From an uncultured delta proteobacterium (lineage in GTDB: Bacteria > Desulfobacterota > Binatia > UBA9968): DNA of 64,000 bases. Position 1 is the first letter of the stretch. The number at the start of each line of letters is the position of its first letter. Made by a program: the position numbers and the translations under genes. The DNA lies in NCBI GenBank assembly GCA_963755715.1, contig CAVWLW010000026.1, positions 32,001 through 96,000 of the forward strand, written 5' to 3'. The notes under the pieces were generated by a model. The model did no database searches. It was given only the letters and a program-made list of their open reading frames with translations, and was not told the DNA's origin. This document shows, piece after piece, positions 9,563 through 18,593 of this stretch.

Positions 9563-11119
9563 TTATTTGTCGATCCACGCGTGACTCAGACCGGCGCCCC
9601 AAGGCTCAAAATCCCCGCTGGCGTTGGTGGCGAAGTCTTTTATATGGCTACGGAACGTGAAAAATCGCGGCGTGAAACCGATAACGAGTATCGGCAAGTC
9701 ATCCGTCAACTTTGCCACCACCTGCTTGAAGATCGCCTTGCGCTTCTCCAAATCCACTTCGCCCTCAGCTTTCTTTAGCAAGGCGTCATAGTCTTTATCA
9801 CAGTAACCGCTCTCGTTGAGCCGGCGATTTTGCAGGTTCGGTTCGCAAGCATATTCTTCGTAAGCCGGCAGCGGGTCCGGGTAATCGGAACCGCCGGCGA
9901 GCTTGAACATGTATTTACCCTGGCGGCGCAGCTCGAGCGCCGAGGCGCGCTCGAGAATTTTCAGCTCCACCTTGACACCGATCCGCTTGAGCTGCGCCTG
10001 TATCGCCGCGCCTTCGATGTCCGCCACCTCGCCGCGGTTGCCCATGAGCTCGAGCGTTTCGCCCTTATAGCCGGCTTCCTTCAAGAGCGCTCTAGCCCTA
10101 TTGGCATCGAAGCGCGGCGCCGGCACATCCTTGAAATACCAGAAATGGCCGCTTGGAAAGCGCTGGTCGGCCGTGTCAGCCAAGCCGAAGTACGCTGCTT
10201 GCATGATTTCTTTCCTATCGATGGCGTAGGCTATCGCTTGACGAAGTTTCTTGTTGTTAAAAGGCGGATCGGCGACGTTGAATTCCAGATTCCGCGCGCC
10301 GGCGCGCGCCGCTTTGGCAACACCGATCCCTTTGACTTTCCCTTGTATGATTTGCTGGACCCATTCGTACGGCGTCCGCTCGATCAAATCGACATCGCCC
10401 GACTGCAGCGCGGTGAAGCGAACCGTATTGTCGCCGATTTCTTTCATGATGACGCGATCGACGTAAGCTTTGTGACCCCAGTAGTCATCGTTTCGTTCAA
10501 AAACGATGCGCTGCCCAGGCTGCCATTCGACGAACTTGAATGGACCGGTGCCCGGAGGAAACGTTGCCGGCTTCCTCAGTCCCTCGGGCAGCGACTCGTT
10601 GGGAATCGCCGAGAAGGAGCGGATTTCCGTGAGCACTGTCGGAAGCAGCGGATTGTGGCGCTTCATATAAATCTTAAGCGTATATTTATCGGCTACCTCA
10701 GCACGCTCAACCGCGTTTAAGTCTTCAAAGCCGTACGCTCCGTTCTTGGGATTGAGGGTATAATCGAGGGCGAACTTGATATCGTCGGCGGTCATTTCCT
10801 TGCCATTGTGAAATTTTACATTCTTGCGCAGCTTGAAAGTATAAAGCTTGCCGTCTTTGGACACTTCCCAAGACTCTGCGAGGCGCGGTTGGATTGCGCC
10901 CTTGGAGTCACGAGCGAGCAACGGTTCATACATGAGCTCGCGAATGCGCGATTCCGTCGAGCTGGTGTTGACCAAAGGATTCATCAGCGCCAGTTCTTTG
11001 CTGATACCAAGCGTGATCGTGCCGCCGCGCTTGGGTTGAGCGGACGCGGCTTCGAGAATCGAGATGGCGCTGAAAGAGAACAGCAACAATAATAAGCTCA
11101 GCAGGGCAAGTTTTTTCAT
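9563..11119 (-). CDS. ABC substrate-binding protein, family 5 (OppA/DppA-like)
   Basis: Signal peptide; LAESW, FHNGKEMTADD, GTGPFKF, LRQAIAYAIDR. Confidence 0.92.
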   Translation of the reverse strand: MKKLALLSLLLLLFSFSAISILEAASAQPKRGGTITLGISKELALMNPLVNTSSTESRIRELMYEPLLARDSKGAIQPRLAESWEVSKDGKLYTFKLRKNVKFHNGKEMTADDIKFALDYTLNPKNGAYGFEDLNAVERAEVADKYTLKIYMKRHNPLLPTVLTEIRSFSAIPNESLPEGLRKPATFPPGTGPFKFVEWQPGQRIVFERNDDYWGHKAYVDRVIMKEIGDNTVRFTALQSGDVDLIERTPYEWVQQIIQGKVKGIGVAKAARAGARNLEFNVADPPFNNKKLRQAIAYAIDRKEIMQAAYFGLADTADQRFPSGHFWYFKDVPAPRFDANRARALLKEAGYKGETLELMGNRGEVADIEGAAIQAQLKRIGVKVELKILERASALELRRQGKYMFKLAGGSDYPDPLPAYEEYACEPNLQNRRLNESGYCDKDYDALLKKAEGEVDLEKRKAIFKQVVAKLTDDLPILVIGFTPRFFTFRSHIKDFATNASGDFEPWGAGLSHAWIDK

Positions 11120-11154
11120 AGAGACCTCCTTTACAACTCGACCGTGTCCCGCTG

Positions 11155-12090
11155 TTAAGCGTTCGCGCGCTTGCGCTTGTATAGCTTGTCGATAAAGCCC
11201 GAATTGTCGAGCTCGCGCAGATAGTGCAGGTCCCAGAGCGCCATGGGGCTCAACTGTTTGGCTTCGGGCGCCTTGATGCAGCCAAGGTCGTAGGCGTTTA
11301 TAATAGCCTGGGCATCTGGATAAGGCTTGCTCGGCATGCGTTCTAACCGGCTGTATTGAAAATCTTCACCGGTTCGCTTGTTTAAGCCGTCCAAAATTTT
11401 TTGGGTCTTCTGCCGCTGCGTTTTGGCGAAATGAATACCCAGCACCAAGGCTTTGACCAGCCGTTCGCCGATCCCTTTTTTCTTATGCAGCACCGTGTAA
11501 GAAGTCGTCAACGTTGGTCCGTTGATCATCGGCAAGGGGCCGAGAGGCAAGATGTGCATGCCCAGTTCTTTGTAGCGCTCGCCGCCGGAGACGAAGCGGG
11601 CGTCGGCTCGACGCGATTTCAACGCTGCGAATTGCTCATCGGCGCTTTCGCTTTCGACCCATTGAACGTCATCGATGCTCATGCCGGCACGGATCAGGTA
11701 CATCATATGGTTGCCGCGACCATGATGAAAGCCGCCTTCGCGTCCTTCCATCGGAGTATCGACGATCCGCTTGCCGCGCAGATCGTGCAGCGACTTGATT
11801 GGTTCCCATGACGCGATGCTGGCGTTCTGTCCATTCACCGGGGAAGCAATACTGACGATCGGCTTGCCCTGGACTACTAACGCGTACGGTGTCAGGTGAT
11901 CGCCGGAGATGAAATCGATATCACCCTTGAACAATGCCCGCTCGGCGTCCGGCGGCATCGCACAGTATTCAAAACTCACCAGATCGAGTCCCGCCTTTTG
12001 CCAGATGCGCGCTTTGTCCATTACCTCCCAAATCGGCAGATGACTGCCCGAGCGATAAACCCCGCGAACCTTTATTTTTCGCTGTGCCAT
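11155..12090 (-). CDS. NMT1/SsuA-like PBP2-fold protein lacking a signal peptide
   Basis: DLRGKRI and the C-terminal D..YLRELDNSGFIDKLY shared with the other SBPs; RBS AAGGAGG before MAQRK; no hydrophobic N-terminus. Confidence 0.75.
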   Translation of the reverse strand: MAQRKIKVRGVYRSGSHLPIWEVMDKARIWQKAGLDLVSFEYCAMPPDAERALFKGDIDFISGDHLTPYALVVQGKPIVSIASPVNGQNASIASWEPIKSLHDLRGKRIVDTPMEGREGGFHHGRGNHMMYLIRAGMSIDDVQWVESESADEQFAALKSRRADARFVSGGERYKELGMHILPLGPLPMINGPTLTTSYTVLHKKKGIGERLVKALVLGIHFAKTQRQKTQKILDGLNKRTGEDFQYSRLERMPSKPYPDAQAIINAYDLGCIKAPEAKQLSPMALWDLHYLRELDNSGFIDKLYKRKRANA

Positions 12091-12228
12091 CTTGTCCTCC
12101 TTACGCTGACTCTCGTCATACAACCCGAGTGTTCGCCGCCCACTTTGACCGCTCTTCGATTTCTCACTATCCCGCTCGAGCGCGGCATCATTCCCGGTGT
12201 CTCTCCCCCTATCAGCGCGCTCCGATTC

Positions 12229-12258
12229 TTGTCAAATACAATGAAATGTTCTTAGTAT
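12229..12258 (+). promoter_or_regulatory. Putative sigma70-type promoter (paralog of 28787-28816)
   Basis: TTGTCA-N18-TAGTAT, conserved with the copy upstream of the amidohydrolase at 28913. Confidence 0.55.
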
Positions 12259-12351
12259 TCATCGACAATGAAAGCGGAACGCGCAGAGACTATCAGCTGG
12301 CAATGTTTTGGGTGGCAACGTTCCATTACTCCACCACTCCCATACTCCAGC

Positions 12352-12540
12352 CGCGCGCCCAAGCGTGTAAAAATGCCGAACGGTTCGGACACCGCCGTGA
12401 TCGACAACGGCAAGCCGAATACGATCGGCATTACCCGCAGCGTCCGCATAGCTCACGCCGACCTCGCCAAACAAGTGCCGACCTTCGAGACTTGCGCCGG
12501 CATCGGCACGCCCGAGCAGCGCCTCGCCGAGCAGGATCGG
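12352..12540 (+). pseudogene. Internal fragment of an amidohydrolase paralogous to 28913-30067
   Basis: RAPKRVKMPNGSD...QVPTFETCAG...EQRLAEQD is near-identical to the N-terminal part of the 28913 protein; no start or C-terminus. Confidence 0.85.
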
Positions 12541-12613
12541 AGACCATCGATCGCGAGAGGCCTGCGCACAGAGAATTTCTTGCCAATGATCGCAATGACG
12601 AAAGGCGCGGCTC

Positions 12614-14242
12614 ATGTGGGATGATCAATGGAAGGGTAAAACTATCGGCACGGCGCTCGACCACGCGGCGCGGAAGTACGGAGACAAAGTCGCCACGGAA
12701 TTTCACAACGGCGCCATCACGTATAACCAACTCAAGAAAATTTCCGATCTGATCGCCTGCGGCTTTCTCAAGCTCGGTATCGGCAAGAGCGACAAAGTCG
12801 CGATTTGGATGGCCGGCTATTCGGAATGGGCGTTGGTTTACTTCGCCCTCATGCGCATCGGCGCGATCATCGTGCCCGTCAACACCCGCTACCGTCCCGA
12901 AGAAATCGAATATGTTCTCAACAAATCGCGAGCGTCTTTACTGGTTTTGAAAGAAGAGCCGAACAAAGATTATCTCAGTTTGCTCAGAGAACTCTGCCCT
13001 GGAGCCGGCGAAGCGGCTGACGCGCTGCCCAACGAAAAGCTTCCTTATCTTAGAAGAATCGTCGTTTCGTCGCCCCGAAGTTCGGCCGGCTGGCTCTCTT
13101 TCGATGCATTAAAAGCTCTCGGCGCTGAGGTTCCTGAAGGCACTTTGCGGCAGGCCGTGGAAAAAGTCAGAGCCGATGACATCGCCATGATTCAGTTCAC
13201 TTCCGGCACCACGGCGATGCCCAAGGGCGCGATGCTGTTTCAAGCAGCAATGCTGCGCGGCGCCCAGTGCGGCTGCCTGGCGCTGAAACTGACCGAGAGC
13301 GATCGCTTTTTCAGCCCTCAGCCATTTTTTCACGTCGGTGGATCGATCCAGGTAATGCTCACGCCCGTGGTCTCCGGCTGCACGATGATCGTGCAGCCCT
13401 ATTTCGATGCTGGCGAAGCTTTGGAGCTAATGGAACGTCATCGATGCAACGTGTTAATGGGTCACCAGCCGCACTATATCGAATATCTCAACCACCCCGA
13501 TCTGAAGAAGCGAAAGCTTGTGCTCGAAAAAGGCATGATCTTCGCCAGCCCGGTGGTCAACAAGCGAGCTCACGACGAGATGGGCATTAAAAAACTCATC
13601 AGCCCGTACGGGCTTACGGAGACTCATATCGGCGGTACCGCATGCGAGTTGGACGATCCTTTGGAATTGCGAATGACTACTGTGGGGAAAGCCATGCCCG
13701 GCGTCGAGATCGGCATTCGACAGTTGGAGGGCCAAGAATTCTTACCCCAGGGACAGCCCGGCGAGGTTTGTTTCAGAGGTTGGTGCGTCACGAAAGGCTA
13801 CTACGACGACCCACAGAAAACCGCCGAGGCGATCGACGAAACTGGTTGGTTTCGCACGGGAGACTTGGGCGTCATCGGCGCCGACGGCTGCCTACGGCTT
13901 ATCGGACGGGTCAAAGATATGATCCGCGTCGGCGGCGAAAACGTCGCCGCGGCTGAAGTTGAAGCGGTGTTGCTCAAACATGATGCGGTAAAGCAAGCCG
14001 TGGCGGTAGGAATGGCTGATGCGCGTTTAGCGGAGGTCGTCGCAGTCTTTATCGAGTTAAAGTCCGCCAATCACGCAACTGAAAAAGATCTCAGCGACTT
14101 CTGCCGCCAACATCTAGCGAGCTTCAAAGTGCCGCGCAGAGTGATCTTCATCTCCGACTGGCCGATGACCGGCGCCGGCAAAATCCAGCGCTTCGTCTTG
14201 AAAGAATCGTTGGCACAAGAACAGTCCGGAACGAAAGCCTAG
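12614..14242 (+). CDS. AMP-binding acyl/aryl-CoA ligase
   Basis: FTSGTTAMPKG, YGLTE, GWFRTGDLG, GRVKDMI, GKI. Confidence 0.92.
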   Translation: MWDDQWKGKTIGTALDHAARKYGDKVATEFHNGAITYNQLKKISDLIACGFLKLGIGKSDKVAIWMAGYSEWALVYFALMRIGAIIVPVNTRYRPEEIEYVLNKSRASLLVLKEEPNKDYLSLLRELCPGAGEAADALPNEKLPYLRRIVVSSPRSSAGWLSFDALKALGAEVPEGTLRQAVEKVRADDIAMIQFTSGTTAMPKGAMLFQAAMLRGAQCGCLALKLTESDRFFSPQPFFHVGGSIQVMLTPVVSGCTMIVQPYFDAGEALELMERHRCNVLMGHQPHYIEYLNHPDLKKRKLVLEKGMIFASPVVNKRAHDEMGIKKLISPYGLTETHIGGTACELDDPLELRMTTVGKAMPGVEIGIRQLEGQEFLPQGQPGEVCFRGWCVTKGYYDDPQKTAEAIDETGWFRTGDLGVIGADGCLRLIGRVKDMIRVGGENVAAAEVEAVLLKHDAVKQAVAVGMADARLAEVVAVFIELKSANHATEKDLSDFCRQHLASFKVPRRVIFISDWPMTGAGKIQRFVLKESLAQEQSGTKA

Positions 14243-15270
14243 AGCGCGTATAACGCTCTGGCGTTGTCGTAGAGCAACTTTTTTTTCGTCTCGTCGGAAA
14301 GATCCTTGCGGCTTTGCGCCACGCGCAGATTATTGGGAAACTCGCTGTCCCAGTGAGGGATGTCGGTGGCGTAAAGAAAATGATCGTCGCCCAGGTAGCG
14401 AAAGGTTTCCGCCAATAGGGTCTCTTCCGACTCCAAGCTAAAATAAATCGGCCGCTGCTTGACGCAGTCGCTCGGCCGCCGCGTCAAATGCGGCGTCTCG
14501 ATCTTGCCGCGCTTTTCCCAATGCTCGTCCATGCGGTCGAGCCAATAGGGCAACCACGTGCAGCCAATCTCCAGAAACGCCAAGCGTAGCTTGGGAAAAC
14601 GCTCTGGCACGCCGTGAAAAATCATATTGGAAAACTGCACGAAGATACCAACCGGAAATGACACCATGTGAACTTCAGTGAAAGTCTCGAACCCGCCCGA
14701 CGCAAGCTCTTCGGCGCCGTTGGTGCCGTGCACGGCAATCGCGCAATTCAAGCGTTCCGCTTCACGGTAAATCGGATCGTAGAACTTATGCCCCAACGGC
14801 AAGCGCAGGCCGGTCGTGCGTACCACCGCCGCGCGATAGCCTAGCTGGGTCACCGCCCGGCGCATTTCCACCGCCGCCCGCTCGGCATCCTGCGGCGGGA
14901 TGACGGCGATGGGCTTTAACCGGTCGGAGACTTTCGCGTAGTGATCGTAGACGTAATCGTTATAAGCCTCGCACAGCGCCACGGCGTAATCAGGTTCGCG
15001 AATACGCGATACGTTCCCGGTCGACGTCGGGTAGAGAAACGCCTGCTCGATGTCGTAGCGATCCATGATGCGAAGCCAATCCTCTGCCCGCGGCGCGCGT
15101 GGAAAGATTGTTTGGTCGTGCGGCAAGGTATCCTGCAAGTCACGATCCCATGGTTCGGACGCGGTCAGCGGCCCGCCGCGCTTGTTAAACGGCGCTTTCA
15201 AATATCGCCGCAGTTCTTCAGCGCGCTCGATGATATGGCCGTCGGCGTCAATCACTTTCCCGCTACTCAT
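14239..15270 (-). CDS. Amidohydrolase_2 family protein
   Basis: IDADGH, LYPT, AYND, AVHG, ATDIPHWD. Confidence 0.9.
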   Translation of the reverse strand: MSSGKVIDADGHIIERAEELRRYLKAPFNKRGGPLTASEPWDRDLQDTLPHDQTIFPRAPRAEDWLRIMDRYDIEQAFLYPTSTGNVSRIREPDYAVALCEAYNDYVYDHYAKVSDRLKPIAVIPPQDAERAAVEMRRAVTQLGYRAAVVRTTGLRLPLGHKFYDPIYREAERLNCAIAVHGTNGAEELASGGFETFTEVHMVSFPVGIFVQFSNMIFHGVPERFPKLRLAFLEIGCTWLPYWLDRMDEHWEKRGKIETPHLTRRPSDCVKQRPIYFSLESEETLLAETFRYLGDDHFLYATDIPHWDSEFPNNLRVAQSRKDLSDETKKKLLYDNARALYAL

Positions 15271-15294
15271 AGTCACCCCGCGTAAAATCAACCA

Positions 15295-15963
15295 TTAGAG
15301 TTTGTAGGCGAGCATGATGCCGTCACGAAACGGCAGCAGTACGTTTTCCACTCGCGGATCTTTATGAAGGCGGCCGTTTAGCGCATTGACGATGCGCGCG
15401 TCTTCCTCTACGGGGTTTAACACCCGCCCGTAGCGCAACATATTGTCGAGCACGATCAACCCGCCTTTGCGGGTCAAGTCCACGCAACGATCGTAATAAT
15501 AATCGTAACTCGGCTTATCGGCGTCGATGAAGCAGAGATCGAAGGGTCCGCTCAGCGTCTTCAAAGTATCCGCCGCGCGCCCGGCTCTAACTTCGATCTT
15601 ATTCCGATGGGGGCTTTGGGCAAAAAATCGGCTGGCAATTTCGATCGCATGAGGGTCAAGTTCGCACGTGATAATGCGGCCATCCGCCGGTAAAGCCTCG
15701 GCAAAACACAGCGCGCTGTAGCCGGTAAACATGCCGACTTCGAGAATGCTTTTGGCTTGTGTCATGCGCACCAGCATTTTGAGAAACGCGCCTTCCAACT
15801 CGCCGACGAGAAAATTGGCCGTAGTCGTTTTCTCCTCGGTCTCGCTGAGCAAGCGCTCATGCAGTTCGGTGAGCGCCGTCGTATGCCGCTCGCAATACTC
15901 TTCGACCCCTTCGGGCAGAACTTTAACGCCCACCGCGCGCCGATCTTTTGGTTGTATCGCCAT
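15295..15963 (-). CDS. O-methyltransferase (Methyltransf_3, caffeoyl-CoA OMT-like)
   Basis: LEVGMFTGYS, FDLCFIDADK, DN.L, RDG. Confidence 0.9.
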   Translation of the reverse strand: MAIQPKDRRAVGVKVLPEGVEEYCERHTTALTELHERLLSETEEKTTTANFLVGELEGAFLKMLVRMTQAKSILEVGMFTGYSALCFAEALPADGRIITCELDPHAIEIASRFFAQSPHRNKIEVRAGRAADTLKTLSGPFDLCFIDADKPSYDYYYDRCVDLTRKGGLIVLDNMLRYGRVLNPVEEDARIVNALNGRLHKDPRVENVLLPFRDGIMLAYKL

Positions 15964-15999
15964 AAACGCGTCCGTATCCTTTCGTAGAGCCTAACTCAC

Positions 16000-16155
16000 T
16001 TATCGTGCAACTATTGTATCCTGGCCCATCGTGTAGAAACGCGCGGAACGCTCGAGGTTACTCACCTGCAACACCACGTGCCCAAGACGCTGTATCTTGA
16101 ACGGCATGCCTTCCGGTGGAGTCAGCGCTCTCAACTCGTTAATATTTGCTGCCAT
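16000..16155 (-). pseudogene. Truncated VOC/glyoxalase-family gene
   Basis: LGHVVLQVSNLERSARFYT is a VOC N-terminal motif; similarity ends at about 16030. Confidence 0.7.
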
Positions 16156-16244
16156 GATCGCCTCGCTAGGCTTCGGTGATGACAAGCTATCACTTTAACA
16201 TTCCCAGGCGCTACAATTTTCTCTGACGTCGACGTCTTAATCCT

Positions 16245-16270
16245 TAAAACCAAGGTTGCAATTCATTAAC
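16245..16270 (-). promoter_or_regulatory. 26-bp operator-like motif, copy 1
   Basis: Minus strand GTTAATGAATTGCAACCTTGGTTTTA. Confidence 0.6.
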
Positions 16271-16326
16271 CAATTTCCCGCGGTTTCGGTTTCGGTTTGT
16301 GTTATCATTCGCTAGGGAATCAAAAA

Positions 16327-16467
16327 GACCTCGTCGAAGGCATCAGAAATATCTTCGGCTTGGCCGGCGACCATATCTTACCCGTGCTCAAATCATGAAT
16401 GGTCGACGTCCGCTTCGTCAAGGAACTGGATGACACGGGTTTCATCCAAAGCCTCGACAAAAAATAG
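16327..16467 (+). pseudogene. 3' remnant of an NMT1/SsuA-like SBP gene
   Basis: VEGIRNIF ... VDVRFVKELDDTGFIQSLDKK* matches the C-termini of intact SBPs in the window. Confidence 0.65.
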
Positions 16468-16513
16468 GCTTGCGCGTTAGTAAATGAACCACACAAGAAG
16501 GAGGAGGACAATC

Positions 16514-16942
16514 ATGGATACGGTTCCATCTCGGAAATTGACCAGAGAAGGCGCCATGAAGGTGCTCAATGCCGCGGTTGACAAAGCGCAGGCGTTGAAC
16601 TCGGCGGTGAGCATCGCCGTAGTTGACGACGGCGGCCATCTGATCGCGTTTACGCGCTCGGAAAAAGCCGAGCTCTATTCGATCGCTATCGCCCAAGCGA
16701 AAGCCAAGAGCGCAGCGCTGACTCGGTTTCCCTCCGGCAAGAAAAGTCCGACTGGCAACGAACGAGACGATCATCATGCGCTCGCTATCACATTGGCCGC
16801 CGGTCCTGGCTCCTTTGTCACTATCCCCGGTGGCTTTCCGCTTTATTCCGAAGGCGAGATCGTCGGCGCCGTCGCGGTGAGCGGTGCGGGATCCAAGGAC
16901 ATAGAAATCGCCCAGACCGCCGCCGCGATCTTGGGCAAATAA
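16514..16942 (+). CDS. GlcG/HbpS-like haem-binding protein
   Basis: SIAVVDDGGHL, A.AKA.SA, GG.PL...GEIVGAVAVSG; RBS GGAGG. Confidence 0.85.
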   Translation: MDTVPSRKLTREGAMKVLNAAVDKAQALNSAVSIAVVDDGGHLIAFTRSEKAELYSIAIAQAKAKSAALTRFPSGKKSPTGNERDDHHALAITLAAGPGSFVTIPGGFPLYSEGEIVGAVAVSGAGSKDIEIAQTAAAILGK

Positions 16943-17224
16943 ATTTCGCCATCGGTTGTTGTTTGACCGACAACCGCGATGGTCACGTAGTTAAACATGC
17001 CGACGGGCTAATACTCGACGGTATCGCCGGGATTGAGCGGAGACACTAAGGTGTTCTTGCGGCGTCCCCTTCCCCGCTCGCGTGTGCTCATTCGTGTTTC
17101 AGCGCGCGCTCAGCGTTCCGGAGGTATTTCCAATGGACATGGGAGGCGCCAATTTACCTATGGAAAAGACGTCACGGGCCGGCACACTGCGTGAAGCATA
17201 GGCGGTTCGCGACCACGCTGATTC

Positions 17225-17250
17225 GTTAAAACTGTGCAACCTAGCATTGA
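17225..17250 (+). promoter_or_regulatory. 26-bp operator-like motif, copy 2
   Basis: GTTAAAACTGTGCAACCTAGCATTGA, upstream of the methionine synthase gene. Confidence 0.6.
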
Positions 17251-17348
17251 GTCTCCGCGGTCTTCCCGTTCCGGATACAAAACCACTACTATCGGCGCAG
17301 TCACATCGCTCGGTGATGATTACAAAATAGTGTACAGGAGAGAAACGG

Positions 17349-18479
17349 ATGGCTGATATTAAGAAACCGCCCTTTCGCGCCGACCACGTCGGTAGCTTGC
17401 TGCGCCCGCAAGAACTCTTGCAGGCTCGCGAACGTCGGCAAAGTGGCGAACTGTCGGCTGCTGCGTTGCGGCAAATCGAAGATCGTTGCATTCGCGATGT
17501 CGTCAAGATGCAAGAGGATATCGGCCTTCAGAGCATCACCGACGGTGAGTATCGCCGAACGATTTGGCACGCGGACTTTCTTCGCCAGATCAACGGGGTA
17601 ATCGTCAAGGAAGGCGTGGCGGCTCAAAGGGGAGTAGCCAGAAAGTTTCAGTCCGGGGACGAAGAAATCGAGCGGACGCCGACGAGATTTGAAATTGCCG
17701 GAGGGCTCAAACGCAGCCACGGTATCGAGACCGACAATTTTAAGTACTTGGCATCGGTGACCCATCGAACACCGAAGGTCTGTATTCCGTCCCCGACGAT
17801 TTTGCACATGCGCGGCGGCCGGGACGCCATCGACAAACACGCCTATCCCGACATGGAAGGTTTCTATGCGGACCTAGCGCAAGTGTACCGTGAGGAAATT
17901 CGCGCGTTAGCAGATCTTGGATGCACCTATCTCCAGCTTGACGATCCGAATCTGGCGTACCTCTGTGATGAAAAGATGCGTGAGGGCGTGCGTCATATCG
18001 GCGAAGATCCAAACCAACTGCCGCGGACTTATGCCCGACTCATAAACGAATGTATTAAGGATCGTCCTGACCACATGACTGTGTGCATGCATATCTGCAG
18101 AGGCAACTTCCGCAGCGCGTGGGCGGCGGAGGGCGGCTACGATCCAGTTGCGGAAATCCTGTTTAACGAGTTTAAGCTCGATGGTTTTTTTCTAGAATAT
18201 GACTCCCCGCGAGCCGGAAGCTTTTCGCCGCTGCGCTTCGCGCCAAGTGATAAGAAGATCGTGCTCGGGTTAGTGACCACCAAGACCGGCGATTTGGAGA
18301 AAGCCGAGGATATCAAACGGCGCATCGATGAAGCGAGCCGCTATGTTTCCCTCGGACAGCTAGCACTCAGTCCCCAATGCGGTTTTTCCAGCACGGTTTT
18401 AGGCAACAACATCACCGTCGAAGCCGAGCTTGCCAAACTGTCTCTCGTCGTCAACGTGGCCCATGAGGTTTGGGGATGA
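17349..18479 (+). CDS. Cobalamin-independent methionine synthase II family (catalytic domain only)
   Basis: DHVGSLLRP, TDGEYRR, HICRGN, LEYD, SPQCGF zinc-ligand motifs. Confidence 0.9.
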   Translation: MADIKKPPFRADHVGSLLRPQELLQARERRQSGELSAAALRQIEDRCIRDVVKMQEDIGLQSITDGEYRRTIWHADFLRQINGVIVKEGVAAQRGVARKFQSGDEEIERTPTRFEIAGGLKRSHGIETDNFKYLASVTHRTPKVCIPSPTILHMRGGRDAIDKHAYPDMEGFYADLAQVYREEIRALADLGCTYLQLDDPNLAYLCDEKMREGVRHIGEDPNQLPRTYARLINECIKDRPDHMTVCMHICRGNFRSAWAAEGGYDPVAEILFNEFKLDGFFLEYDSPRAGSFSPLRFAPSDKKIVLGLVTTKTGDLEKAEDIKRRIDEASRYVSLGQLALSPQCGFSSTVLGNNITVEAELAKLSLVVNVAHEVWG

Positions 18480-18593
18480 CCCAGACGCTCCGTCCCTTAA
18501 AGTCGAACCCGGCGAAGCGTACGCTGGATAACTTCGGGAAATCTTCCGGGTGGCTGACGAACAAAACTATGGAATATCATCGTCCTCTGAGAT

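Noticed and set aside
16945-17040. Possible gene fragment on the minus strand (PLNPGDTVEY*PVGMFNYV)
   Set aside because: Too short and interrupted to assign without a search.
16945-17348. Cobalamin or SAM riboswitch upstream of the methionine synthase gene
   Set aside because: No B12-box or SAM-riboswitch consensus recognised; an Rfam scan would settle it.
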